DNA of 63,055 bases, the filler included, from Limisphaerales bacterium (GTDB lineage: Bacteria; Verrucomicrobiota; Verrucomicrobiia; Limisphaerales; SIBE01), in the NCBI GenBank assembly GCA_044225505.1. It is 10 parts of 10 records of this genome, joined end to end, with 100 filler letters (N's around TTAATTAATTAA, not from the genome) between each part and the next. Parts side by side here need not be neighbours in the genome. Positions count along the whole stretch, not along the records: positions 19,994 to 26,307 come from JBGAIN010000286.1; positions 26,408 to 32,596 come from JBGAIN010000287.1; 8 more parts are not named here. One strand, 5' to 3'. This document shows, one piece after another, positions 19,994-31,179 of this stretch. Position numbers and translations under genes: made by a program. Numbering within the stretch: position 1 is the first letter of the stretch; each line of letters starts with the position of its first letter. The notes below the pieces were generated by a model. The model was not told the DNA's origin. It saw only the letters and a list, made by a program, of their open reading frames with translations, and did not search any database.

Positions 19994-21199
19994 GCCTTGA
20001 TAATGCTCAAAATCTTGCTGGAGATAATTCAGTTGGGGCACCCAAACATCGATGGAGCCGACCAGATCTTTGGTGTGACAGGCTTCGATCGTCCGAAGTT
20101 CCGGAGCATACTTTCGAACCAGACCAGCCATGGCTCTGTAACTTTCGATGTTCTGAACTATCGGTTCGTCTGCCAGGTGTTGGAGGTAATTCGAAAGCCA
20201 TCCCTGAGCTTTGAGATGCAAAACTAACGCGGGCAAGAATTCTCCGTAGAAGCCCTCTGCTTCACGGCTTTCCGGAGCGACCTGGCTCGAGACGGCTTTC
20301 CCATCCTGGACGGCCCAGATCGTGACCACGAAGGGCGATTCCCAACCGGCCTTGCGTCCGCCAATATGCCCGCCTTCAATGCGGCCAATGACACCCTCTT
20401 CCTGGAAAATGCGGACCCATCGATCGAAGCGCGTGAAGTCGGACGTCAGTTTCCCTTCGCGGTTCACCGAAAACTGGGCCAGTGCCAGCGGGGAAATAAG
20501 CGCCACGTTGTGCCGATGCTCCGCCATATTCCTCGCGTAGCGCCGCAGGAGAGCGTAATACGCTGCCGATTCAGGTTCTGGCGCGATCTGCATATGCCGC
20601 GAATGCATGGCAAACCACTCGGTGACCCACAGTGACGCAGGCCCGGCTATGGCGTTCCGAACGGTGAGGCGAAGCGTCTGGTCCACCTGGAACGGTTGTC
20701 CGTCAGCGCTTCCTGTTAAAGTTAGCTTGCCTTCGTACGACCCAGCAGCGGCATTCGTGGGAACGGGCACAGTAATCCAGATTGCTTGCCCATGACCGCC
20801 TGGCACATCTCTGAATTCATCGTCGAGCAGCGGATCTGGATATTCGGCCGGTGGAAGTCTAAGCTGATCTTTGGAAGGCCGCTGAGTCGGGCGATCCACC
20901 AGGACATTCGCGACAAACCTCGGCGGTTGAGCGTTCAGGAATTCGTTCCCCGGGATCGACGTTAGCCGCGAGACGCGAGTATGTAACTGGGTGATAGTGT
21001 TCTCGCCCCTCATTACGATCTGCAAAGTGGCGTGTTCGCCTCGCGCAACTTCGGCGAAGGCGGGGCCGGGCGGACGCGGAATATCGTCCGGGAAAGGTTT
21101 AACCAGGGCGTCCAGCGGCCAGACGTCGATCTGCGCTGCTGCGTTACTCGCCGCGGGCGCGGCTAGCCAGCAAAGCAGCAATCCGATGATTCGGGGCAT
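19994..21199 (-). CDS. Secreted DUF4091/GH123-like glycoside hydrolase, 3' truncated
   Basis: Signal peptide, VARGEHATLQ, YPDPLL, QAIWITVPVP..AAAGSYEG, HLADEP, IDVWVP. Confidence 0.7.
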
Positions 21200-21308
21200 G
21201 TAAACCCAATTGCCCCATCCCGCCGGAAAGGGCATCTTTCGGATCGGTCGAGCGTGATTCATGCAAGGCAATCTACGCTCGGCTGCGCCCAAACGGGAGT
21301 TTTATTGC

Positions 21309-24300
21309 TCAAGGCGCTCGGTTGGGAGCAAATCGCAATGTTTGCCTGCGCCTGTTGGAGCTTTCCAACGCCACGTTGTACGTCATTCGCCATTGTTGCC
21401 GGTCGGAGTCGTAATCGGTCTGCCAGAAATCGTTTCCGTGAATGCTCTGGTCAACGCGGCGGTCATCCAGCCAGAGGGCGAAGCCATGCGGACTAGTCAC
21501 GCCATTAACCGTGACAGGGACGTAGCCCAATCCACCTTCGACAGTCACCTCGGCTACCTGGTTCGTATCGACCGTCAAATTCATGGGATACGGCCAATTC
21601 ATTCTGCCACGCTGCGCCTCAACCCGAAGCGCGTTCCCTGCCGCCTCCCGGTAAAGCAGTTTCCACTGGTCGGCGTTCTTCCAAAGCGCGGCTCGAAATG
21701 CGACGTCCGGACCGTAATAGGCGGCTGGTTTTGCGGGAAAGACCGCCAGTTCCAGGTCCGCTTCGATGAAGTCTCCTGGCTGCAGTTCTCGCACCGTCGG
21801 TGGTGGGCTTAGTTCGACGACCGTGCGGTCATCGTTCGCGCCTGCACCCTTATTCCAGAACGATACATAAGGAGCTGAGCTTGCTGCGCCATGGAAAGAC
21901 GCTTTCCATTTTCGAATAATCAAACCGCGACTCACCGCTGCGCCACCGGGGCGAAGAGCGTTCTCTTGCAATCCGTGGATCGAAACCCAAGGCATCTCGC
22001 CGGTCAAATCGCGTCCGTTGCGACCGGACTCAGCCGGTCGGGATCTGGGTTCCCACTCTTCACGCAGGCCAGAACTGTCGCCAACTGCGACGAGGCGACT
22101 GGGCGTTTCGTTGTAGTGATCGGCGCCGAGTTGAAAGAAGGCGAGACGACGCCACTGAACACGTTTATTCACATCGTAACGCAAGTGGATGAAGGTCCGG
22201 AGATAATCGTCCGAACGAGGTAAGGATACTGTCATCTGCGCGGAAATCTCGCCGCCTTGCGTTTCCTCGCTATAGGAGACGTCTGTCAGGCAAGGGCCAT
22301 AAGCGCGATAATTCGTTCGCGTGGCACGAAGTGGTTGATAGTTGCCCTCGGCATTTTGCCACATTAGGAAATCGCCCCCGCCACTGTTGTCAGCCCAGCC
22401 ATACGGCTTGGGATGCTCCGTTTCCGGCAATGTCAGCAGGGGGCGCAGGTCATCGATGAAACAGCGCCTTTGAACGCGACCTGGCTCAAAGCAAATACTT
22501 TCGCCAAAGCTGCCAATCGCGGCCTGATCCCAGAATTGGTTGTGGCCCCAGCCAATCAATGAAAGTTGAGCATGGGATGCGGCGAAGACGCCGCCATAAC
22601 GAGCGTAAGCCATCGAGAATGTCAGCGTGCGGTGGGAGTGCGGCGGCAGGCGAACGATGGTGCAACCGTGAAACCAAGGGCCCTGATGCCGAAGGTTGCC
22701 CTTCTCCGGTCGCTGATGCCAGTTCTTGGAAATCTGCACTGGGATTCCCGTGGGTCTACCCTCTTCGTCAGCCAAGAAAGGCGTGAAGCCGGTGATGGGT
22801 AAATAGTTCTCCTGAGTGAACATCAGCCGCGAATTGACCGGATCGTCGGAGTCATTCTGCAATGTCAGACGCCAACGATCCAAGCGGTCGAGATGCTCCT
22901 CTGGGTAATACGTGCCTTTGGCATTGCTCCAGGGCCGTTCCGGCAATGCGATGGTGTAACATCCAAGCGTTTCATCGAGGCCAATTCGCAAGGGCACTTC
23001 TGCGGTGAGTCGGGCTGCCCGATCGGTGGGTCCTTCCTTAACCGTCAATGTCACTGCCGCTTGTTGCGCGACTCGCTCTGAGGCGATGCGTTCGCCGACG
23101 CGTAGTTCTAGGCGAGCGTCCTCTGGCAGTGACTTGGGATCCATCTCGAGCCGAAACGTCAAGCGGTCTGGCCAAGCGGATATTTCCAAGCGGGCGCTTT
23201 CTGGGAATTCTTGGCCCTGCGAGTCTGTCAGTTTGAGATCGGTTATCGCCACGCGCTGGAAGAAACGCCCGCTTTCAACGATCTGAACGGGCTGGAAGAA
23301 CTCATCTTTGGACTTGCGCAACCCGGTACACTGGAAACGCCGTTCGCCCACCACCAAGGCGCAGTTCCACGCTGAGACGGGCAAGGCGTTGAAGGCATTC
23401 TGGTCCGGCCCCATGGCTGTGGAGAGAGGCATCGGGCTCGTGAAGTTCCCGAATCGCAAGAGCTCCATTTTCCGAGTGTCAATCGCCATGCCCCATGTGC
23501 CCGATTGCAAACAGAGCACTTCCGTTGCTGGAGGGCGTGAACTTCCCAGAATGTTAGGCGGTCCTTCGGCCCACCAGAGCAGTGTGTAGTCTTGCGGGCG
23601 AGGCATAATTGCGGAGTGAGGTGCAACGCTTGAGGCAGGCGCTGCTAAGTCCCCCGTGGCGCCAATCAGCCTTTCATGAGGCGTCGGCGTCAACGCCGTT
23701 TGCCTCGTGCTCTCAAGCAAGTTGAGCGGCTGAGCCGTGGCCTCCTCGGATTGGGCACGCGACGCCAGATGCATGCGGAACCAATACCCCGCGTAGAGTG
23801 GGATAACGCCATCCGGAAGATTGTGGCCCATCCCATCGTATACAATCAGTTGCAGACGGTCCGGCTTTGTCGCGTGTCGTGGGCGCGCTGCCTCGACGAA
23901 CGCGCGCGGTGTCGAGACATCGACTACTTTATCCGTGCCACCGTTGATCAATAATGTGGCGCAAGGATAGAGATTCGTCGCCCGGCGGATCGGATCGGCT
24001 TCCGGCAGCAAGGCGCGGGTCTCGGGCCAGAGGTCGACGTCGTGGGGTTGCCACAGTCCGTTGGGCTTCCAGGTCGCCAGCCACTTCTCATACGCGCCGG
24101 TGGCCACAAAGGCGACGATCGCCTTGATCCGTGGCTCACGCGTGGCCGCAGCCAGGCCAAAAATGCCCGTGGTGGAACTGCCTAGCCACCCGATCCTTTC
24201 GACATCGATATCCGCGCGGCCTTCCAGGTAATTAATCACGCGGTGCGTGTCCTGCGGGGTGCGGACGCCGCCGAGAACATAGCTATGGGCAAATCGCGGA

Positions 24301-24650
24301 TCAAAATGCAACCACACCGGTCGGCGGGCTGGGTTTGGATCGGGAGGGTATTCAGCCGTAAAGGCAACCAATGCGAAGCCGTCTTCCAGCAAATTCGTAC
24401 TCCAGCCAGGCATGGCGTCCGGCTTGATGGATCCTAACGTCAGGATTGCCGGGCGTCTGACATTTTTCTTACCGGACGTATGAGCGACCTGAACTGTCAC
24501 CACTGGTCCATTCGTAAGGCGGATCGTCTCGACCGCGATCTCAGACGCAGCTCGCGCTGGCTGCGTCACCCAGGGCCACAATCCGAGAATCCATCCGACG
24601 GCGATCAGACTGACATAATGGGACGCGAGACGTTGTGATGAGCACATCAT
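21309..24650 (-). CDS. Large secreted protein: alpha/beta-hydrolase fused to an uncharacterised ~770-aa domain
   Basis: Signal peptide, RIGWLGSSTTG nucleophile elbow, GGTDKVV, GMGH; linker; then a region starting MPRPQDYTLLWW. Confidence 0.7.
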   Translation of the reverse strand: MMCSSQRLASHYVSLIAVGWILGLWPWVTQPARAASEIAVETIRLTNGPVVTVQVAHTSGKKNVRRPAILTLGSIKPDAMPGWSTNLLEDGFALVAFTAEYPPDPNPARRPVWLHFDPRFAHSYVLGGVRTPQDTHRVINYLEGRADIDVERIGWLGSSTTGIFGLAAATREPRIKAIVAFVATGAYEKWLATWKPNGLWQPHDVDLWPETRALLPEADPIRRATNLYPCATLLINGGTDKVVDVSTPRAFVEAARPRHATKPDRLQLIVYDGMGHNLPDGVIPLYAGYWFRMHLASRAQSEEATAQPLNLLESTRQTALTPTPHERLIGATGDLAAPASSVAPHSAIMPRPQDYTLLWWAEGPPNILGSSRPPATEVLCLQSGTWGMAIDTRKMELLRFGNFTSPMPLSTAMGPDQNAFNALPVSAWNCALVVGERRFQCTGLRKSKDEFFQPVQIVESGRFFQRVAITDLKLTDSQGQEFPESARLEISAWPDRLTFRLEMDPKSLPEDARLELRVGERIASERVAQQAAVTLTVKEGPTDRAARLTAEVPLRIGLDETLGCYTIALPERPWSNAKGTYYPEEHLDRLDRWRLTLQNDSDDPVNSRLMFTQENYLPITGFTPFLADEEGRPTGIPVQISKNWHQRPEKGNLRHQGPWFHGCTIVRLPPHSHRTLTFSMAYARYGGVFAASHAQLSLIGWGHNQFWDQAAIGSFGESICFEPGRVQRRCFIDDLRPLLTLPETEHPKPYGWADNSGGGDFLMWQNAEGNYQPLRATRTNYRAYGPCLTDVSYSEETQGGEISAQMTVSLPRSDDYLRTFIHLRYDVNKRVQWRRLAFFQLGADHYNETPSRLVAVGDSSGLREEWEPRSRPAESGRNGRDLTGEMPWVSIHGLQENALRPGGAAVSRGLIIRKWKASFHGAASSAPYVSFWNKGAGANDDRTVVELSPPPTVRELQPGDFIEADLELAVFPAKPAAYYGPDVAFRAALWKNADQWKLLYREAAGNALRVEAQRGRMNWPYPMNLTVDTNQVAEVTVEGGLGYVPVTVNGVTSPHGFALWLDDRRVDQSIHGNDFWQTDYDSDRQQWRMTYNVALESSNRRRQTLRFAPNRAP

Positions 24651-25123
24651 TCGATCGACAGGCCAGGATCAGTTCGGGGCGGTGGTGTCGCCCCCGCGCC
24701 GTGCTCATCTAACAAGAGTCGGCTTTGCGATATCTCAGGCACTCTCACGGTATAACAGGCGCCCCTCGTTTTCGTCGACCGGAAACGGGGGCGCCAGGTC
24801 GGTCGAACATTCGAACGTAGAGCCATCGATTGGTGTTGGCGGCCCTCTTAGGTCCAACGTCGCCGACACTAGAATCAGCTCTGTCCGCTAATGGGTATGA
24901 GCCTTTCGAAGCGAGCGCTTGCGCAGGTTCGTAAACAGCACCGGAGTCACGATGAAAATATGCACGGCGCTGCTGAGCAATCCACCAACGCCGGTAACCC
25001 GCCAGGAGAAGTTGTTCCAGTGAATCGACATCTGGACACATCACGATGCATCCCGGTCTGTTGAAGTGGGGAGGGTTACTTTGGAATTCCCAAGTTTTTG
25101 ACTCAGTCGAGGGTCAGCGAAGC

Positions 25124-25215
25124 TGGCGGAGAGAGGGGGATTCGAACCCCCGATACGGTTTAACCCGTATAACGGTTTAGCAAACCGTCGCCTTCAGCCA
25201 CTCGGCCATCTCTCC
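25124..25215 (-). tRNA. tRNA-Ser(GCT)
   Basis: GGAGAGATGGCCGAGTGGCTGAAGGCGACGGTTTGCTAAACCGT..long variable arm..GGTTCGAATCCCCCTCTCTCCGCCA; CCA encoded. Confidence 0.97.
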
Positions 25216-25516
25216 AACCGGCGAGTTGTGTCGCAAGCTGGTGTTGAATTGCCGGGTGAATCTCACCTGGCGCTGCCGCTGCATAGGCGCTTGGCGTGAC
25301 CACCACGGTAAGTCGCTCCCAGACTTGGGAACTAACCAAGATCCCCAACCAACTTTGACCCTAAGAGACTGGCATATATTATGGACGGGTCAAGCCAAAG
25401 CGTGCTCATGCAACTCCAGGCCAAGCCTGGCCAACGAAATCGACATTGGGGCGACTGGGGGCGGGCACAATGGTCGCGGGTCTGCTTGACGGCTGCGATA
25501 TTCCTCGGTACGATAC

Positions 25517-25918
25517 TTGTGCTTGCGGGCATTAGTTCATCTTGTCGCTGTGTGGGTGCTTGTCCTTTCGTTGGGATTGCATTGGGCAGTGCTGCAGCCG
25601 GTGGCCTGGGCTAGCATGCTCATCACCTACGCGCGAGAAGCCACGATCGCGGAAACGCTCGTGAAGACCTTCGATGGCAAACATCCATGCTCCCTTTGTT
25701 TAATCATCAAGAAAGGGAGAGCCGATCAGAAAAAGCAAGAGCAGCAGGGGACAAAACCGGCCTCCAAACTGGATTTCGGGTTGGTATGGGAAAGCACGCC
25801 GCTCGTCTTTGCAATAGGTCGCGCACATTTCCCCGCCTTCGATTTCTTCATGACTCATCTCGTAGACGCTCCTCCCAAACCGCGTCCACGTTGCCCCTTC
25901 GCGGATAGTCTTTCCTGA
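25517..25918 (+). CDS. Small membrane/exported protein with HPCxxC and Pro-rich C-terminus (DUF2946-like)
   Basis: Hydrophobic N-terminus, GLHWAVLQPVAWASM, TFDGKHPCSLC, C-terminal APPKPRPR. Confidence 0.7.
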   Translation: MCLRALVHLVAVWVLVLSLGLHWAVLQPVAWASMLITYAREATIAETLVKTFDGKHPCSLCLIIKKGRADQKKQEQQGTKPASKLDFGLVWESTPLVFAIGRAHFPAFDFFMTHLVDAPPKPRPRCPFADSLS

Positions 25919-26130
25919 CCGTCGACTGCCGCCGCAGCACGGGACCGCCCGGAACTTGACTTCGTCATTGGCGTAGTTGTTGCCAGGTGAGCTATCTCCA
26001 CTCGGAGTTTCGCTACTTCCCGGTCGATCGCGACGCGGAATCGCCTTGAAAGCGCGACCCCGCGAGCCGGGATTCCCGTTCAGGGAAACTCGCGGCCGAA
26101 AATCTTTAACTGTGTTTCCGATTGCTACTT

Positions 26131-26307
26131 ATGGATAAATTCCGGTTTGCTTTGAGTGCCGTTGCCGCCGTTGCCATGACGTGCGGATCGTCATCTGCAC
26201 TGGCCTCGACTCTCACCTCTGTCCCGATGCAGGGCGGCATGGCCATGCCCATGGTCTCCTACCACGTCGACGACGGACGCCTCCATGTCATGATGCCTGC
26301 AGAAGTG
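26131..26307 (+). CDS. Exported Met-rich protein, N-terminal fragment
   Basis: Signal peptide (..ALA|ST) followed by VPMQGGMAMPMVSYH..HVMMP; truncated. Confidence 0.6.
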
Positions 26308-26407
26308 NNNNNNNNNNNNNNNNNNNNNNNNNNNNNNNNNNNNNNNNNNNNTTAATTAATTAANNNNNNNNNNNNNNNNNNNNNNNNNNNNNNNNNNNNN
26401 NNNNNNN
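26308..26407. other. Artificial contig spacer
   Basis: N44-TTAATTAATTAA-N44. Confidence 0.99.
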
Positions 26408-27942
26408 TTCCCCCAGCGGCTCGATTCTGCGTGCATTGCCCCTTCGATTTGCTGGGCGAGTTGTTCAAAACGCAGTGCCGCGGCGCGGGGGCCGAGCGCA
26501 CCCTCGGGGCTGAGATGCTGTTGAGCATGTTCTGAGAACTCCTTTCGGAACAACGCGTTCTGGCGGAGCTTTTGAAAGAGCCGCATCGGGCTTTCCTCAT
26601 CGTCCGCCGGAAGAATCCCAGCGGCAACCGATTCGAGGGTTCGCTCTGCGTCCCAGACGAAGAATTGAAATGGCCCTGGAGGACGACGCCGGCGGGCAGC
26701 ATACCAGTTAGAGGAGCCATCCCAGTCGCTATTGGCGCCATAGAGATTCGCGAGCATGTAATCGATGAATTGCGGGATATCCAAGAGAGATCGAACGGTA
26801 TCGTATTCCGGCGGTTCAGCGACGCCGGCGTTAACGCGAGCCATCAGTTGCTTCCAGGCGCTATCCTCTCCTTCCAGCACGTGGTTGCCATTTCTGGCAT
26901 CGTAATCTTTAGCCCGCCCTCCGAGATAGCCCGCCACAAATGACGCATCGGGACGCTCTGTGAGATTGTAAATCCCCCAGTAAAGCCCGTTGAGGTAAAG
27001 GTGCACAAACATCCCTCGAGCCGAGACGCGGCCCATCGCGCGGAGCGTGTCGCGCATCCACTGATCGCGCAGGTAATCGCCCCGGCGTCGCTCCTCGGCA
27101 TTCCAGTGAAGCCACGTATTGTTGCACCCGGCCCGCAAGATCAAGGTATCGAATTCCTGCAATCCGGTCCCGCCGAACAAGGGCAGGCGCCATTTGCCAG
27201 GGCCGTAGCGGCGATTGAAAACCAGCCTGAAGGAGTGTTTGGGGCTTTCTTCGGGGCGCCTGTTCCAGCCCCCTTGGATGCGCATTCCGCAGCCCGTCTG
27301 GGGACTCGTTTCGGAACCGGGTTCAAGCCACTCGACGGACGCGGCCCGTTCCCAGGCTGGACCTGATTCCATTGGATGCGCATAGATCCCGCTCTCGTTA
27401 TCGAAGAAGGCCGCCGAATCGGCGACCAGTGAGAGCGAGGGAAGCGCATGCAGGGCGCTGACCAGGAGAGTCTGGTCCGCTGTCGCGTCGGCCAGCACCG
27501 GATCCATTCCGTAGCTGGCGGTGACAGGTTGGCCGTTCGTCAACCCCCAATGGTCCGCAACGTTAGTTCCGTTCTGGCGGCTGACTTGCGAAAGGAAAAG
27601 GTAAGTGTGCGTTGCGGTAGCGCCGGCTTTTTTGCCGGCGACGAATGTGGCGAGGCGTAAAACAGTGGTGTGATCGATGGAAAGTGCACCAGGCCAAACA
27701 GCCCCCGTTCCTGGCCCGGGCTCTTTCCCGTCGGTTGTATACCAGAGCTGTGATGGATTCTCGGTTTGAACCGAAACTCGGATCGGCGACTCGTAAAAGC
27801 CGCGGCCCGGGACCGGTTTTACTGTTTCCACGGTGTGTAAGTTGACGGCCGCGCCCTCGGACAGGGAAGGTGACGCGGCGTCGATCGGACGCAGGGCGAG
27901 GATGCAGAAAAGCCAGAAAGGCAGTGGCAAAGAGTGCCTCAC
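26408..27942 (-). CDS. CotH kinase-family secreted protein with Fn3-associated domain, 3' truncated
   Basis: YTTDGKEP, WERAASVE, RIQGG, KHSFRL, HLYLNGLYWGIYNLTER, NSDW..NWY, FFVWDAE. Confidence 0.85.
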
Positions 27943-27946
27943 AATT

Positions 27947-29803
27947 TCAGAGATTGGCCTGAGTTCGAGGGGGCATTCGTTTCTGACATTCCGCGAGCCA
28001 GGCCACATCCGTCGGATAAAGCAGCTTGCGATTGATTCGATCGAGTGCTTCCCAGGCTTTGTTGTATTGCTGATCGTCGAACCAAAGAGCAAACCAGACG
28101 AGGTGATATGGGGTTGCCTCTTCCGCCATCAGGGCATGGTCGTTTAAACTTGAGAGCACTTGGCGCGCTTCGTCCGGGCGATGGTTCAGGGTGAGAGCAA
28201 AAGCGTGATTGATACGGACCGCAACCGAATTGGGGTAAGTCGCCAGCAGTTTCTTCGACAGCGTGGCGGCCAGGTCGATCCGCTGACGGTTGACGAGGAG
28301 AGCGGCGGCGTAATGATTGACCGAAGGCATGTTGTCCGGGGCCAGATCGTATTCGTGCTGCGCGGCCTTGAGGAGCAAGCCCGGGTTCTTGATTCCATCC
28401 GCCGCGGCAAACCGCATCGCCCAGTATTGAGTGTCAGTGATGAATTCATTTTCGACTTTTCCCAGGACTTCGTTGGCCACCTCGGGATAACCAATCTCCA
28501 ACAACGTTTTGCTGGCCGGCAGCGCGAGCCGTCCGTCCCCCGTCCAAAGTTCACTCATTTTTTGGAAGGCGTCATTCGCTCGTGGAAGACGCTTGAGCTG
28601 ATGCTCAGACCAGCCTTCCAGGAAATAACTGTAGGCGAGACAGCCTTGCCGAGAAGGCCCTTCCGTGCGAAACCGCAAGGCGAACCGCTGGAGTTCGGCC
28701 CAATCCTCGTCAAGCGCCAGGAGGCTGGCATAACTAAACCAAACCTGTTCCGAGTGCGAGAATCTCGCCCAGTTTGAATCAAATAACTTCAGTCCTGTCT
28801 TTCCCAACCCCAACACACTGTAAGCGCTCCCCAGTGAAATAAGGTCGGACGCGGTCTGAGGTTCCTCGTTGAAACTACGAGCAAGTTCACGAGCTTGGTC
28901 GCCCTGGCCAGCGCGGTCCAAAAGCAGCCAAAAGAGGGTATGATCCGGAATTCGGTCACGTCTCAACTCTTGCAGCCGATTCAGAAACTCCTGATAGCAA
29001 CTCAGGTCATGCCGGTTCGCGCAGGCAGCGAGTTGAAGTTGGATGGCGTGCACTTGTGTCGTTGGGGCCGACATGGCCAAGCGCAGGGCTTGGCTGCCCG
29101 CCTCGGCGTCCGCTCCTGAACTCCAGCCCGATTGGAACGCCGCCCAATGTAACGCCAGTTCAGGCGAGGCATTCTGGTCAGCACGAAACTCGTCCCAGCG
29201 CGCTTTGAATTCTGCCATCCGACCCTTCGCGAAGAGGGATTTGAGAAACTCCTCACGGGCTTGGGGGCCGAGATTCTCGGCGATCGGGGTCAAAGTGGAG
29301 AGGAGCACATCGTGCCATTGCCGGGAGCCATAGAATCGCGAGACTAGTTCAACATCTATTCGATTCGTCCCGGTCATATGCATCAGCCATGCACTTTGCC
29401 TTAGCCCAACTTGGAGCGCCTCTGGGTCTGCGCCTGAGTGCTCGACCAAATTCTGGATCAGGCCCCGCAGCGCGTCGATGTCGGCAGGATTGTTGTTAAT
29501 GGCCGCCAGCCACGCATCGTGTGCTTGCTCGAACTGTCCGACGGTAGCGTCGCGTTGCGCTTTGCGTTTTAAAGACCAGGTTTGGACGAAATCCAAACCG
29601 CTAATGCGTATCACCGGAAGCGTTCCAGGCGGCGAAACTCGCCAGATTTTCGGAAGGAATAGGCCGAGAAACACCAGCAAAAGCACGAATGTCAGAAACG
29701 CCATCCGGAACCAGAACTTGAAGATCAGGAGACGCACCAAGCCGTTGTAAAACCAACGTCTCGCGAGTTTTTGTTTGGTTCGATGACTGATCCGAAATGC
29801 CAT
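27947..29803 (-). CDS. Membrane-anchored TPR-like protein
   Basis: N-terminal TM followed by an all-helical Ala/Leu-rich repeat pattern. Confidence 0.65.
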   Translation of the reverse strand: MAFRISHRTKQKLARRWFYNGLVRLLIFKFWFRMAFLTFVLLLVFLGLFLPKIWRVSPPGTLPVIRISGLDFVQTWSLKRKAQRDATVGQFEQAHDAWLAAINNNPADIDALRGLIQNLVEHSGADPEALQVGLRQSAWLMHMTGTNRIDVELVSRFYGSRQWHDVLLSTLTPIAENLGPQAREEFLKSLFAKGRMAEFKARWDEFRADQNASPELALHWAAFQSGWSSGADAEAGSQALRLAMSAPTTQVHAIQLQLAACANRHDLSCYQEFLNRLQELRRDRIPDHTLFWLLLDRAGQGDQARELARSFNEEPQTASDLISLGSAYSVLGLGKTGLKLFDSNWARFSHSEQVWFSYASLLALDEDWAELQRFALRFRTEGPSRQGCLAYSYFLEGWSEHQLKRLPRANDAFQKMSELWTGDGRLALPASKTLLEIGYPEVANEVLGKVENEFITDTQYWAMRFAAADGIKNPGLLLKAAQHEYDLAPDNMPSVNHYAAALLVNRQRIDLAATLSKKLLATYPNSVAVRINHAFALTLNHRPDEARQVLSSLNDHALMAEEATPYHLVWFALWFDDQQYNKAWEALDRINRKLLYPTDVAWLAECQKRMPPRTQANL

Positions 29804-30000
29804 GGACTTGCTCTGCTACAAGCAGCCTGACGCTTGGCCTGAATGCAAGCACTGTTTCGCGGCCCAGACATAGCAAAACCGTAGGCTGTTCCGCTGGCCT
29901 GCAGGTCCGAGATGGACGCATCGGGCTCGCCGTCGTTCGTAAAGTCGACTCGACTTAGCCTTTGATTGATCGGGAAAGAACGCGGCGAGTCGATGCTAGA

Positions 30001-31179
30001 TTAGAGTGGGCGCATCCAAGCCCATTTGAGCCAGCCGATCGCTCCCCCGCCGAAGAGTAGCCAAACCGAGTTCACTCGGGTGCGCCAGAGTCCGAACGCG
30101 GCACCGATGCCTAACAAGAGACTTAGCCAATCGACCAGCGCCACGGCTGTCAGTTGCGCACTGACCACAGCCATCAACGCCAGCGACGCTAGATTCACAC
30201 CGTCGAGAAAAGCTCCGGCTCGCGCCGAAGTCCGGATCCGGGGAATGAGCGGACCACTGATCGCCACAAACACGAAAGCTGGAAGGAAGATACCGACGGT
30301 GGCTAACACGGCGCCTTGGGTTCCTGCAAGAACGTAGCCAATAAACGTCGCCGTGGTCAGCAGTGGGCCTGGGGTGATCTGTCCCACGGCGATGGCATCG
30401 AGCAATTGGGTCTCAGTTAGCCAGTGCCACCGTTCGACCAAGTCGGCGCGCAGGAAGGCGAGTAAGACGTAGCCGCTCCCAAAGAGCACCGAGCCGATCT
30501 TTAAGAAGAATAAAAAAAGCATTCCCAGGCTTACCGGTGTGGCTGCCGGAGCGGTCATTGCTGCCAGCGGCAGGATTGGCCATGGCGCCAGCCCAGCCCA
30601 CACCGACCGGCGGGCGCTGTCGGGTTTGACGGTCTTAGCACGTGTTGCCACGGTGAACAGACCCGCGCCGAAGAGCAGCACTAGCTCGTGGATACCTGCG
30701 GCATTAAGGCAGGCAATCGCCAAGCCTAGAACCGCCGTGTAAGGGGTCTTAATCGCCGCGCGTCCCAATCGCCACAATGCCTGCGCGACGATGACGACGA
30801 TCACCGGCTTCACGCCGGACAGAATGCCGGCGAATGTCGGCAGAGTTCCAAATCGGACATACGCCCACGCTAGGCCGGTGACTAGCAATCCGGCTGGCAG
30901 AACAAAGCTGACGCCTGCTGTCAGCAATCCAAGCCAACCTGCGTGTCGATGACCGATGTGAATCGCAAGTTCAGTGGAGTTCGGCCCGGGAATTAAATTC
31001 GTCGCACCGAGCAGATCCAAGAACTCGGCATGGGAAAGCCAACCTCGCCGGATGACCACTTCTTCCTCCATTAAGGCAATGTGCGCGGCCGGCCCGCCAA
31101 AGGCGGTCGCGCCTAGCTTTAAGAATAGGCTGGCGATCTCCCACAGCCGAGTGCCTCTCGATTCGCTCTCAGCATTCAT
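30001..31179 (-). CDS. chrA: Chromate efflux transporter
   Basis: FLKLGATAFGGPAAHI, IPGPNSTE, FLKIGSVLFGSGYVL, GQITPGP. Confidence 0.93.
   Translation of the reverse strand: MNAESESRGTRLWEIASLFLKLGATAFGGPAAHIALMEEEVVIRRGWLSHAEFLDLLGATNLIPGPNSTELAIHIGHRHAGWLGLLTAGVSFVLPAGLLVTGLAWAYVRFGTLPTFAGILSGVKPVIVVIVAQALWRLGRAAIKTPYTAVLGLAIACLNAAGIHELVLLFGAGLFTVATRAKTVKPDSARRSVWAGLAPWPILPLAAMTAPAATPVSLGMLFLFFLKIGSVLFGSGYVLLAFLRADLVERWHWLTETQLLDAIAVGQITPGPLLTTATFIGYVLAGTQGAVLATVGIFLPAFVFVAISGPLIPRIRTSARAGAFLDGVNLASLALMAVVSAQLTAVALVDWLSLLLGIGAAFGLWRTRVNSVWLLFGGGAIGWLKWAWMRPL

Noticed and set aside
24651..25123. Integrative element at the tRNA-Ser 3' end; ORF 24745-25044
   Set aside because: No integrase and no duplicated tRNA 3' end on the contig; the ORF has no recognisable motif and overlaps a GC hairpin (24758-95).
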